From Squalus acanthias (taxonomy: Eukaryota): a stretch of 64,000 nucleotides of DNA. The notes beneath the pieces were generated by a model that saw only the letters and a program-made list of their open reading frames with translations, had not been told where the DNA came from and searched no databases. Made by a program: the position numbers and the translations under genes. Position 1 is the stretch's first letter. The number at the start of each line of letters is the position of its first letter. The stretch covers positions 372,001 through 436,000 of the forward strand of contig JASTWF010000036.1 of assembly GCA_030390025.1 (NCBI GenBank), in the 5' to 3' direction. Of this stretch, positions 48,072 to 60,020 are shown in pieces.

Positions 48072-49215
48072 AAATTCGTTCATGTGATGTGGGCGTCGCT
48101 GGCAAGGCCGGCATTTATTGCCCATCCCTAATTGCCCTCGAGAAGGTGGTGAGACGCCTTCTTGAACATAAGAACATAAGAAATAGGAGCAGGAGTAGGC
48201 CAATCGGCCCCTCGAGCCTGCTCCGCCATTCAATAAGATCATGGCTGATCTGATCCTAACCGCCAATCTACTATCTATCACAGAACCATCTCCTGCATCT
48301 AACAGAATTGCACACACAAAATAGGAGCAGAATCAGGCTACACAGTCCCTGGGCCCGCTCCACTACCCACAGGGCCATGACCGATCCGAACCTAGACTCA
48401 TGTCCAAATTCCTGCCCGCTCCCCGTAACCCTTAATGCCCTTTACTTCTAGGAAACTGTCTATTTCTGTTTTAAATTTATTTAATGATGTAGCTTCTACA
48501 GCTTTTTGTGGCAGCATATTCCATGGACCTACCACCCTCTGAGTGAAGTAGTTCCTCCTCATCTCAGTTTTGAAAGAGCAGCCCCTTATTCTAAGACTAT
48601 GTCCCCTAGTTCTAGTCTCACCCGTCATCGGGAACATCCTCCCCACATCCACCCGATCCAACCCCTTCACAATCTTATATGTTTCAATAACCGCTGCAGT
48701 CCGTGTGGTGAAGGTGCTCCCACAGTGCTGTTAGGGAGGGAGTTCCAGGATTATGACCCAGTGACGATGAAGGAACGCCAGATATATTTCCAAGTCAGGA
48801 TGGTGTGTGAGACTTGGGAGGGGTACTTGGAGGTGGTGGTGTTCCCATGCGCCTGCTGCCCTTGTCCTTCTAGGCGGTGGAGGTCACGGGTTTGGGAGAT
48901 GCTGTCGAAGAAGCCTTGGCGAGTTGCTGCAGTGCATCTTGTAGATGGTACACACTGCAGCCACGGTGCGCTGGTGGTGGAGCGAGTGAATGTTTTAAGG
49001 TGGTGGATGGGGTGCCGATCAAGCGGGCTGCTTTGTCCTGGATGGTGTCGAGCTTCTTGAGTGTTGTTGGAGCTGCACTCATCCAGGCAAGTGGAGAGCA
49101 TTCCATCACATTTCTTGACTTGTGCCTTGTAGATGGCGGAAAGGCTTTGGGGAGTCAGGAGGTGAGACACTCGCCGCAGAACACCCAGCCTCTGACCTGC
49201 TCTTGTTGCCACAGT
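48072..49215 (-). mobile_element. Second LINE family fragment interrupted by a CR1 (about 48165-48688)
   Basis: ATRAGQRLGVLRRVSHLLTPQSLSAIYKAQV...AWMSAAPTTLKKLDTIQDKAARLI; nested CR1 ORF 48398-48670. Confidence 0.8.
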
Positions 49216-49313
49216 ATTTATTCGTTCATGGGATCTGGGCGTCACTGGCATGGCTGGCATTTATCGCCCATCCCTAGTTGCCCTTGAGTAGGTGGTGGTG
49301 AGCCGCCTTCTTG

Positions 49314-50540
49314 CATAGAAACATAGAAGATAGGAGCAGAAGTAGGCCATTCGGCCCCTCACGCCTGTTCCACCATTTAATGAGATCACGGCTGATCGTC
49401 CAAATTCAGTACCCTGTCCCTGCTTTCTCCCCATATCACTTGATCCCTTTAGCCTTAAGAAATATATCTAACTCCTTCTTGAATATATTTAATGAATTGG
49501 CCTCAACTGCCTTCTGTGGTAGAGAATTCCACAGGTTCACCACTCTCTGGGTGAAGAAATTCCTCCTCATCTCAGTCCTAAATGGCTTACCCCTTTATCC
49601 TTCGACTGTGACCCCCCTGGTTCTGGACTCCCCCGCCATCGGGAACATCCTTCCTGCATCTAGTCCGGTTAGAATTTTATAAGTTTCAATGAGATCCCCT
49701 CTCATTCTTCTAAACTCCAGCGAATATAAGCCTAATCGACCCAATCTCTCTTCATACGTCATTCCTGCCATCCCAGGTATCAGTCTGGTGAATCTTCGCT
49801 GCACTCCCTCCATGGCAAGAACATCCTTCCTCAGATAAGGCGACCAAAACTGCACACAATACTCGAGGTGTGGTCTCACCAAGGCCCTGTACAACTGCAG
49901 CAAGACATCTTTGCTCCTGTACTCGAATCCTCTCGCTACGAAGGCCAACATACCATTTGCCTTCTTCACCGCCTGCTGCACCTGCATACTAACCTTCAGT
50001 GACTGGTGCACAAGGACACCCAGGTCTCGTTGCACTTCCCCTTTTCCCAATCTATTGCCGTTCAGTTAATAATCTGCCTTCCTGTTTTTGCTTCCAAAGT
50101 GGATAACCTCGCATTTATCCACGTTATACTGCATCTGCCATGCATCTGCCCAATCACCCAACCTGTCCAAATCATACTGGAGTTTCTCTGCATCCTCCTC
50201 ACAGCACACACGCCCACCCAGCTGTGTGTCTTCTGCAAACTTGGAGATGTTAAATCTAGTTGCCTCGTCTAGATCATTAATATATAGTGAATAGCTGGGG
50301 TCCTAGCACCGATCCCTGCGGTACCCCACTAGTCACTGTCTGCCACTCGGAAAAAGACCCGTTTATTCCAACTCTTTGCTTCCTGTCTGCCAACCAGTTT
50401 TCTATCCAAGTCAGTACATTACCCCCAATCCCATGTGCCTTAACTTTGCACGCTAATCTCTTATGTGGGACCTTATCGAAAGCCTTCTGAAAGTCCAAAT
50501 ACACCACATCCACTGGTTCTCCCTTATCTATTCTACCAGT
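49314..50540 (-). mobile_element. CR1 LINE, 5'-truncated, including the RT core
   Basis: [37 protein letters not shown] and [19 protein letters not shown]. Confidence 0.9.
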
Positions 50541-50856
50541 ATTCGACCTATGTAGTCTACCTACAGGACACCGACCACCATAGGCAACTATTTCGATAAG
50601 AATTTTGAATTCAATGAGAGATTCAAGAATGAACTCAGTTTGCACAGGTACATTGAGGTTTTCGTTAATAAAACCATCAGAAACTTTTTTTTTAAATTCG
50701 TTTGTGGGATATGGGCGTCGCTGGCAAGGCCGGCATTTATTGCCCATCCCTAGTTGCCCTCGAGAAGCCGGTGAGCTGCCTCCTAGCACCGCTGCAGTCC
50801 GTGCGGTGAAGAGGCTCCCACCGTGCTGACTTTGTCACGGCGATTTCATACATCGG

Positions 50857-51155
50857 AGTGGCTTGCTGGGCTGTTTCACAGGGCAGTTAAGAGTCAACCA
50901 CATTACTGTGGGTCTGGAGTCCCATACCGGCCAGACCGGGTAAGGACGGCAGATTTCCTTCCCTGAAGGACATTAGTGAACCAGTTGGGTTTAATGGTCA
51001 CCATTACTGACACTAGCTTTTTATTCCAGATTTATTTAATTAACTGAATTTAAATTCCCCAGCTGCCGTGGGTGGGATTTGAACTCACGTCTGCCCGGAT
51101 TATTAGTCCGGACCTCTGAATTACTAGTCCAGTAACATAACCACTACGCTGCTGT
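50857..51155 (-). mobile_element. Second tRNA-derived SINE family
   Basis: Minus strand agcgtagtggttatgttactggact (A-box-like) and gagttcaaatcc (B-box), followed by a body unrelated to the Deu-SINE. Confidence 0.6.
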
Positions 51156-51362
51156 GCACCTCATTCCTGGAACCATTCTAGTAAATCTCTTCTGCACCCT
51201 CTCCAAAGCCTTCACATCCTTCCTAAAGTGCAGTGCCCAGAATTGGACACAATACTCCAGGGTGCGTGTGCCACTCACTCTGTGGTTGAAGACCTTGTGA
51301 CACTTTCAGGGCCCCCTAATACCTGGCACCTTGGCAAGCTACTGAAATGGTGACCGGTGCCC

Positions 51363-51538
51363 GAGAGAGAGAGAGAAAGAAAGAGAGAGAAAGAGAGAGA
51401 GAGAGAGAAAGAAAGAGAGAGAGAGAGAAAGAAAGAGAGAGAGAGAAAGAGAGAAAGAGAGAGAGAGAAAAGAGAGAGAAAGAGAGAGAGAGAGAAAGAG
51501 AGAGAGAGAAAGAGAGAGAGAGAAAGAGAGAGAGAGAA

Positions 51539-51569
<31 letters not shown>

Positions 51570-51797
51570 AAGAGAGAGAGAGAAAGAGAGAGAGAGAGAA
51601 AGAGAAGAGAAAGAGAGGAGAGAGAAAGAGAGGAGAGAGAAAGAGAGAAAGGGAGAAAGAGAGAGCGAGAGAGAGAGAGAGAAAGAGAAAGGGAGAAAGG
51701 GAGAAAGAAGAGAAAGAGAGGAGAGAGAAAGAGAAAGAGAAAGAGAGAGAGAGGGAGAGAGAAAGAGAAAGGAGAGAAAGAGAAAGAGAAAGGAGAG

Positions 51798-51828
<31 letters not shown>

Positions 51829-51933
51829 GAGAGACAGAGAGAGAAAGAGACAGAGAGAAAGGGAGAAAGGGAGAAAGGGAGAAAGAGAGAAAGAGAGGAG
51901 AGAGAAAGAGAGGAGAGGAGAGAGAGAGAGGAG

Positions 51934-51964
<31 letters not shown>

Positions 51965-52446
51965 GAAAGAGAAAGAGAAAGAGAAAGAGAAAGAGAGAGA
52001 GAGAAAGAGAGAGGGAGAGAGAGAGAGAGAGGGAGAAAGGGAGAGAGGGAGAAAGAGAGAGAGAGAAAGAGAGAGAGAGAGAAAGAGAAGAGAAAGAGAG
52101 GAGAGAGAAAGAGAGGAGAGAGAAAGAGAGAAAGGGAGAAAGAGAGAGCGAGAGAGAGAGAGAGAAAGAGAAAGGGAGAAAGGGAGAAAGAAGAGAAAGA
52201 GAGGAGAGAGAAAGAGAAAGAGAAAGAGAGAGAGAGGGAGAGAGAAAGAGAAAGGAGAGAAAGAGAAAGAGAAAGGAGAGAGAGAGAAAGAGAGAAAGAG
52301 AGAGAGAGAGAGAGACAGAGAGAGAAAGAGACAGAGAGAAAGGGAGAAAGGGAGAAAGGGAGAAAGGGAGAAAGGGAGAAAGAGAGAAAGAGAGAAAGAG
52401 AGAAAGAGAGGAGAGAGAAAGAGAGGAGAGGAGAGAGAGAGAGGAG

Positions 52447-52477
<31 letters not shown>

Positions 52478-52520
52478 GAAAGAGAAAGAGAAAGAGAGAG
52501 AGAGAAAGAGAGAGGGAGAA

Positions 52521-52555
<35 letters not shown>

Positions 52556-53031
52556 GAGAAAGGGAGAAAGGGAGAGAGAAGGAGAAAGGGAGAAAGAAGA
52601 GAAAGAGAGGAGAGAGAAAGAGAAAGAGAGAGAGAGGGAGAGAGAAAGAGGAGAGAAAGAGAAAGAAAGGGAGAAAGAGAAAGAGAGAGAGAAAGAGAAA
52701 GAGGAGAGAAAGGGAGAAAGAGAAAGAGAGAGAGAAAGAGAAAGAAAGGAGAGAAAGAGAAAGAGAGAGAGAGAAAGAGAAAGAGAAAGAGAAAAAGAGA
52801 AAGGGAGAAAGAGAGAAAGGGAGAAAGGGAGAGAGAGAGAGAAAGGGAGAGAGAGAGAGAAAGGGAGAGAGAGAGAGAAAGGGAGAGAGAGAGAGAAAGG
52901 GAGAGAAAGGGAGAGAAAGGGAGAGAAAGGGAGAGAAAGGGAGAGAAAGGGAGAGAAAGGGAGAGAAAGGGAGAGAAAGGGAGAGAAAGGGAGAGAAAGG
53001 GAGAGAAAGGGAGAGAAAGGGAGAGAAAGGA

Positions 53032-53063
<32 letters not shown>

Positions 53064-53100
53064 AAGAGAGAAAGAGAGAAAGAGAGAGAGAAAGAGAGAA

Positions 53101-53131
<31 letters not shown>

Positions 53132-53172
53132 AAGAGAGGGAGAAAGAGAGGGAGAAAGAGAGGGAGAGAGAG

Positions 53173-53247
<75 letters not shown>
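51363..53247. repeat. 1.9-kb nearly pure polypurine (GA/GAAA/GGGA) tract at the 3' tail of a minus-strand SINE (53245-53533)
   Basis: Continuous with the SINE end gaaatgcgagtctctct on the minus strand. Confidence 0.9.
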
Positions 53248-53249
<2 letters not shown>

Positions 53250-53999
53250 CGCATTTCTCCAGCGCCTTTCACCACCTCAGGACGTCCCAAAGCGCTTCAC
53301 AGTGTGGTCACTGTTGAAATGTAGGAAACGCGGCCGCTAATTTGCACACAGCAAGCTCCCACAAACAGCGGTGTGATAAAATGACCAGATCATCTGTTTT
53401 TAAGTGATGTTGGTTGAGGGATAAATATTGGCCCCAGGACACCGACCGGGGAGAACTCCCCCCCCGGCTCTTCTTCGAAACAGTGCCATGGGATCTTTTA
53501 CGTCCACCTGAGAGAGCAGACGGGGCCTCGGTTGTGACTGAGCACTCATATTATGGGATTAGAATGCTTCCAGTGGTGTGGTGTGCTGTTGCTGTGTGCG
53601 AGTCCGGTTTGGAAGCGTTTAAAATTTCAGTTTGCTTCGCAGAGAGCGGCTATTGCGCAACTTGGAGAGAGCTGTTTTAAGCGCTGTATTTGCACAGAAG
53701 CATTGTCATTAAAGGCCCTGGGTATAAAACAGTGAAACAAATACAGCCGTCGGCGCTCCGCAAACATGTGTAAGAGTATTTTGTTACATCACTTGGCCCA
53801 ATTAAGCTGTTAACACACAAGTTCTATTGTTGGAAATGGGGCCGACAATTGATGGGAGTGGACAATCTGTCTACAGTTTCGCAATACAAGTAGGTATGTC
53901 TCTCCATTATTGACCTGTCTCTTCAACGTCAATCGTGTGCAACTTACTGCGATCTACAATCGGAGGCATGAGTGCCTGAGCACCCGAGCAAGCATTGGA

Positions 54000-54705
54000 A
54001 TGATACCAGGCCTTTAAGGGTTAAATTACGAGGGCAGTTTTCCCTCGCGTTCAGAAGGTTGACCTGCTCGAGGTGTCCAAAATAATAATGGGATTTGATA
54101 AGTGAGAGAGAGAGAAAAATTATTTCCTCTGGTGGGGGGAGTCCAGAACAAGGGGGGGGCGTAACCTGAAAATTAGAGCCAGGCCGTTCAGGGGTGATGT
54201 CAGGAAGCACTTCTTCACACAAAGGGGGGTGGAAATCTGGAACTCTCTCCCCCCAAATAGCTGTCGAGGCTGGGGGTCAATTGGAGCTTTCAAAACTGAG
54301 ATGGACAGATTTTTGTTGGGTCAGGGTATTAAGGGTTACGGAACCAAGGCGGGTAGATGGAGTTAAGATACAGATCAGCCATGATCTGATTGAATTGCGG
54401 GACAGGCTCGAGGGGCTGAATGGCCTCCTCCTGTTCCTAATGTAACAGGCTCGAGGGGGCTGAATGGCCTCCTCCTGTTCCTATGTAATAGGCTCGAGGG
54501 GCTGAATGGCCTTCTCCTGTTCCTAATATAACAGGCTCGAGGGGGCTGAATGGCCTCCTCCTGTTCCTAATGTAACAGGCTCGAGGGGGGCTGAATGGCC
54601 TCCTCCTGTTCCTAATGTAACAGGCTCGAGGGGCTGAATGGCCTCCTCCTGTTCCTGTGTAACAGGCTCGAGGGGGCTGAACGGCCTCCTCCTGTTCCTA
54701 TGTAC
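54000..54705 (+). mobile_element. CR1 3' fragment with tail minisatellite (about 54402-54703, about 7 units)
   Basis: Same subfamily as 3955-4880. Confidence 0.8.
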
Positions 54706-54967
54706 ACAAGTATGTTGTCTGATCTCACTTTGAAACTTTGATCTGTTTTCATGAGTTGCAGGGATCAGTGCAGGTTGAGGCTGATGTTGAGCAGACACCG
54801 AGTAGCTTCGGTTTATTTTTTAGAATCGGCATATGTGTCTGAACATTATTTTGTAAGGTTGAAAAAAACAATCTCAGTGGCACTGACCAATGTAAATCAG
54901 AATGGCATTCTCGCCTTCAGTTCTGTAATGAATATTTAAGTGTCCTATTTACTTGATACAGTTTTAG

Positions 54968-55775
54968 GCTTGGGCTGATAAGTGGCAGGTAACATTCGCA
55001 CCACACAAGTGCCAGGTAATGACTATCTCCAACAAGCGAGAGTCTAACCACTGCCCCTTGACATTGAATGGCATTACCATCGCCGAATCCCCCACCATCA
55101 ATATCCTAGGGGGTCACCATTGACCAGAAACTTAACTGGACCAGCCACATAAATACTGTGGCTACAAGAGCAGGTCAGAGGCTGGGTATTCTGTGGAGAG
55201 TGTCTCGCCTCCTGACTCCCCAAAGTCTTTCCACCATCTACAAGGCACAAGTCAGGACTGTGATGGAATACTCTCCACTTGCCTGGATGAGCGCAGCTCC
55301 AACAACACTCAAGAAGCTCGACACCATCCAGGACAAAGCAGCCTGCTTGATCGGCACCCCATCCACCACCTTAAACATTCACTCCCTCCACCACCGGCGC
55401 ACCGTGGCTGCAGTGTGTACCGTCTACAAGGTGCACAGCAGCAACTCGCCAAGGCTTCTTCGGCAGCACCTCCCAAACCCGCGACCTCTTCCACCTAGAA
55501 GGACAAGGGCAGCAGGCACATGGGAACACCATCACCTCCAAGTTCCCCTCCAAGTCACACACCATCCTGACTTAGAAGTATATCGCCAATCCTTCATCGT
55601 CGCTGGGTCAAAATCCTGGAACTCCCTCCCTAACAGCACTGTGGGAGCACCTTCACCACACAGACTGCAGCGGTTCAAGAAGGCATCTCACCAGCACCTT
55701 CTCAAGGGGCAACTAGGGATGGGCAATAAATGCTGGCATTGCCAGCGACGCCCAGATCCCATGAACGAAAAAAAA
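54968..55775 (+). mobile_element. Second LINE family (CR1/Jockey group), ORF2 C-terminus and 3' UTR
   Basis: ILG.VTIDQKLNWTSHINTVATRAGQRLGIL...IYKAQVRTVMEYSPLAW...SLHHRRTVAA. Confidence 0.8.
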
Positions 55776-55777
55776 AT

Positions 55778-57205
55778 TAGGGATTGCAGTTACGTGGAGA
55801 GACTGGAGAAGCTGGGGTTGTTCTCCTTAGAGCAGAGAAGGTTAAGGGGAAGATTTATAGAGGTGTTCAAATTCATGAGGGGTTTTGATAGAGTAAATAA
55901 AGAGAAACTGTTTCCAGTGGCTGAAGGGTCGGTAACCAGAGGACACAGATTTAAGGCGATTGGTAAAAGAACCAGGGGCGACATGAGGAAAATCTTTTTT
56001 ACGCAGCGAGTGGTTAGGGTTTGGAACGCGCTGCCTGATTGGGCGGTGGAAGCAGATTCAATAGTAGCCTTCAAAAGGGAATTGGATAAATACTTGAAGA
56101 AAATTGCAGGGATATGGGGAAATAGCAGGGGTGCGGGGGGGGGGGGGGGGGGGGGGGGGGAAGAGAGCGGGACTGACGAGATCGCTCTTCGAAAGAGCCG
56201 GCGCAGACTCGATGGGCCGAGCGGCCTCCTTCTGTGCTGTACTATTCCACGATTCTCTGAAAGGCGGGCCAGATTCTGGCTCTGCCCCACGCCAGGCTCA
56301 GGCGAGTAACCCACCCGTCTTGTGATTGTGAGGAGGATGCAAAGAGGCTTCAAGGCGATTTAGACAAGTTGAGTGAGTGGGCAAATACATGGCAGTATAA
56401 CACAGATAAATGTGAAGTTATCCACTTCGGTAGGAAAAACAGAAAGGCAGAGTATTATTTAAATGGTGATAGATTGGGAAATGCTGATGTGCAGAGGGGG
56501 ACCTGGGTGTCCTTGTACACCAATCACTGAAAGCAAACATGCAGGTGCAGCAAGCAGTTAGGAAGGCAAATGGTATGTTGGCCTTCATTGCAAGAGGATT
56601 TGAGTACAGGAGCAAGGATGTCTTACTACAGTTGTACAGGGCCTTGGTGAGACCACACCTGGAGTACTGTGTGCAGTTTTGGTCTCCTTACCCAAGAAAG
56701 GATATACTTGCCATAGAGGGAGTGTAGCGAAGGTTCACCAGACTGATTCCTGGGATGGCAGGACTGTCGTATGAGGAGCGATTGGGTCGACTAGGCCTGT
56801 ATTCACTAGAGTTTAGAAGAATGAGAGGGGATCTCATTGAAACGTATAAAATTCTGACAGGGCTTAGACAGACTGGATGTTTCCCCTGGCTGGGGGGGGG
56901 GTCTAGAACGAGGGGTCACAGTCTCAGGATACGGGGTAGGACATTTAGGACTGAGATGAGGAGAAATGTCTTCACTCAGAGGGTGGTGAACCTGTGGAAT
57001 TCTCTACCAAAGACAGCTGTGGAGGCCAAGTCACTGAATATATTTAAGGAGATAGATTTCTAGACACAAAAAGCATCAAGGGGTATGGGGAGAGAGCGGG
57101 AATATGGTATTGAGATAGAGGATCAGCCATGATCATATTGAATGGCGGAGCAGGCTCGAAGGGCCGAATGGCCTACTCCTGCTCCTATGTTTCTGTGTTT
57201 CTATC
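55778..57205 (+). mobile_element. Two consecutive CR1 3' fragments (55778-56260 and 56320-57205)
   Basis: LEKLGLFSLEQRRLRG...[33 protein letters not shown]. Confidence 0.85.
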
Positions 57206-57639
57206 TACCAGTGCGGTTACAAGCGTCCTTTTCACTGTTTGACACACCCATCCTCGCTCTTCAGACCGGCATGCAACGCAGCAAGCGCCAAAACCCTCGC
57301 CAGCTAAAATGAAATAAAAGTTTTAACATTTTACCGCACTTCAGGATGTGGAATACACCCTGTGGGTTTTTTTTTTTAAGCATTTCATTTCATTTTCCTC
57401 CTAAACCTTTTTTTAATTAGGGTGTGAATGTTTAAGGGGGAAGCTAAATAAGCACATGAGGGAAGAAAGGAATAGAAAGATATGGTGGTGGGGTGAGAAG
57501 AGATGGGGTGGGAGGAGGCTCGTGTGGAGCATAAACACCAGCACAGCCGTAATGGCCCCGTTTCTGTGCTGTGGACTCGCTGCAACTCAGTGTAAGTTGA
57601 GAGAGAGACAGACACACACAACAGAATTAGCCGAGACGG

Positions 57640-58700
57640 AAGCAAAATAATGCGGATGCTGGAAATTCGAAAACAGAAAACAAATGCGCAGCGTCGAGAG
57701 CGAGCGCGCGAGAGAGAGAGAGAGCGCGAGAGAGAGAGAGAGCGCGAGAGAGAGAGAGAGAGAGCGCGAGAGAGAGAGAGAGAGAGAGCGCGAGAGAGAG
57801 AGAGAGAGAGAGCGCGAGAGAGAGAGAGAGAGAGAGCGCGAGAGAGAGAGAGAGAGAGCGCGAGAGAGAGAGAGAGAGAGCGCGAGAGAGAGAGAGAGAG
57901 CGCGAGAGAGAGAGAGAGAGAGCGCGAGAGAGAGAGAGAGCGCGAGAGAGAGAGAGAGCGCGAGAGAGAGAGAGAGCGCGAGAGAGAGAGAGAGCGCGAG
58001 AGAGAGAGAGCGCGAGAGAGAGAGAGAGCGCGAGAGAGAGAGAGAGCGCGAGAGAGAGAGCGCGAGAGAGAGAGAGAGCGCGAGAGAGAGAGAGCGCGAG
58101 AGAGCGCGAGAGCGCGAGAGAGAGAGAGAGCGCGAGAGAGAGAGCGAGAGCGAGCGCGAGAGCGAGAGCGAGAGAGCGAGAGAGCGAGCGAGAGCGCGAG
58201 AGAGAGAGCGCGTTAACGTTTCAGGCCTGGGACCCTTCATCAGAACCAGAAAAAGTTATCAAGACGCAACAGGTTTTAAGCAGGGGCAGGGGAAGGAGAG
58301 ATGGGGAGGAAAGAACAAAAGGGAAGGTCTGTGATTGGGTGGAAGGCAGGAGAGATTAAATGACAAAAGGGATGATGGTACAAAGGAGATGGTAACGGGA
58401 CAAGTAAAGAAACAAAAGATGGGTCTAGAGGAGGTGGAAATGGGAATAGCAGCATTATCAGCAACAACTAAGTCTGGAAAAATGGGGGCAGAGGTTATGG
58501 TCTGAAATTGTTGCACTCGATGTTGAGTCCGGATGGCTGTAAAGTGCCTGATCGAAAGAGATGGGGCTGTTCCAGTGAAGCTCAGCATAAGCTCCAGGAA
58601 CCGTGCAAGAGGCAGAGGGCGGAGAGGTCAGAGTGGGAGCGGAGAATTAAAGTGACAGGCGACCGGAAGCTCGGGGGTCGAGCCTACGGACTGAACGGGT
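57640..58700 (-). mobile_element. Penelope-like 3' end with a (GA)n(GC) expansion at 57696-58210
   Basis: Reverse-complement similarity to 42540-43110 and 59640-60020. Confidence 0.7.
58211..58247 (-). ncRNA. Minimal hammerhead ribozyme motif, sense to LRP1
   Basis: Minus strand GGUU-CUGAUGA-A-GGGUC(CCA)GGCCU-GAAACGUU-AACG. Confidence 0.7.
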
Positions 58701-59005
58701 CTAACCAGTGCAGAGCAGAAAAAGAGACAGATTTTCAACACAGCCAAACACAAGTCAGAAAAAGTAAGGATGGAACAGAAGGCAGTCAAGGCCCTGGAGA
58801 GGGCGCAGAGGAGATTGACCAGAATGGTACCAGGGGATGAGGGACTTCAGTTAAAGGGAGAGACTGGAGAAGCTGGGGTTGTTCTCCTTAGGGCAGAGAA
58901 GGTTAAGGGGGAGATTTGATAGCGGGGTTCAAAATTACGAAGGGTGTTGATACAGTAGATAAGGAGAAACTGTTTCTACTGACGGGAGGGTCGGTAGCCA
59001 GAGGA

Positions 59006-59617
59006 ACATAAGAATTAGGAGCAGGAGTAGGCCACTTGGCCCCTCGAGCCTGCTCCGTCATTCAATAAGATCATGGCTGATCTTCTACCTCATCTCCACT
59101 TTCCCGCCCGATCCCCATATCCCTTGATTCCCTTAATATTCAAAAATCTATCGATCGCTGTCTTGAATATACTCAACGACTGAGCATCCACTGCCCTCTG
59201 ATTCACCACCCTGAGTAAAGAAATTTCTCCTCATCTCAGTCCTAAATGGCCGACCCCTGGAAAAACTCAGCAGGCCAGGCAGCATCCGTGGAGAGAGAAA
59301 CAGAGTTAACGTTTCAGGTCGAAGACCTTTCTTGCATCTACCCTGTCAATCCCTGCGAGAATTTTGTACGTTTCAATGAGATCACCTCTCATTCTTCTAA
59401 ACTCGAGAGAATATAGGCCTAGTCTACTCAATCTCTCCTCAAAGGACAATCCCCCCATCCCAGGAACCAGTCTGGTGAACCTTCGGTGCACTCCCTCTAT
59501 GGCAAGTATATCCTTCCTTAGGTAAGGAGACCAAAACTGTACACAGCACTCCAGGTGTGGTCTCACCAAGGCCCTATATAATTGCAGTAAGACGTCTTTA
59601 CTCTTGTACTCAAATCC
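59006..59617 (-). mobile_element. CR1 fragment containing an inverted Penelope pLTR piece (about 59257-59331)
   Basis: ORF 59306-59641 has [30 protein letters not shown]. Confidence 0.8.
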
Positions 59618-59639
59618 AGACAGACACAGATATATATAC

Positions 59640-60020
59640 ACATTTCATCCACCCTTTTGGTTCGTGCCTTTTCCCTTTTTTTTCTCTCTCTCCCCCCTTG
59701 GCAGCTGTCTTTCATTCTGCCAGCATTTCACACTTCAAGCCACCTTTTGTTTCTTAACCTGTCCTATTACCATCACGTCTTGCCTTGAGCATCTCTTAAT
59801 GTCTCTACTTACCATAGACCACCCTTTTTGTTCTTTTATTCCTCCCCCCAGCCTCCCCCTTGCTTTATGTTTCATTTCCTGCTTTTTTCTCAGTTCTGAC
59901 GAAGGGTTTCGACCTGAAACGTTAACTCTCTTTCTCTCTCCACGGATGTTGCCTGGCCTGCTGAGTTTTTCCAGCGGCTTTCTGTTGTTTCAATTTTCCA
60001 GCATCCGCAGTATTTTGCTA
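59640..60020 (+). mobile_element. Penelope-like pLTR with hammerhead motif at 59891-59928
   Basis: cagtt-CTGACGA-agggt-ttcg-acct-GAAACGTT-aactc; flanks match 37345-37680. Confidence 0.75.

Noticed and set aside
51275..53324. ORFs of about 660 aa rich in ER or LS
   Set aside because: Polypurine microsatellite artefact.
55158..56309. 383-aa ORF as a real gene
   Set aside because: Chance in-frame fusion of two adjacent truncated LINE fragments.
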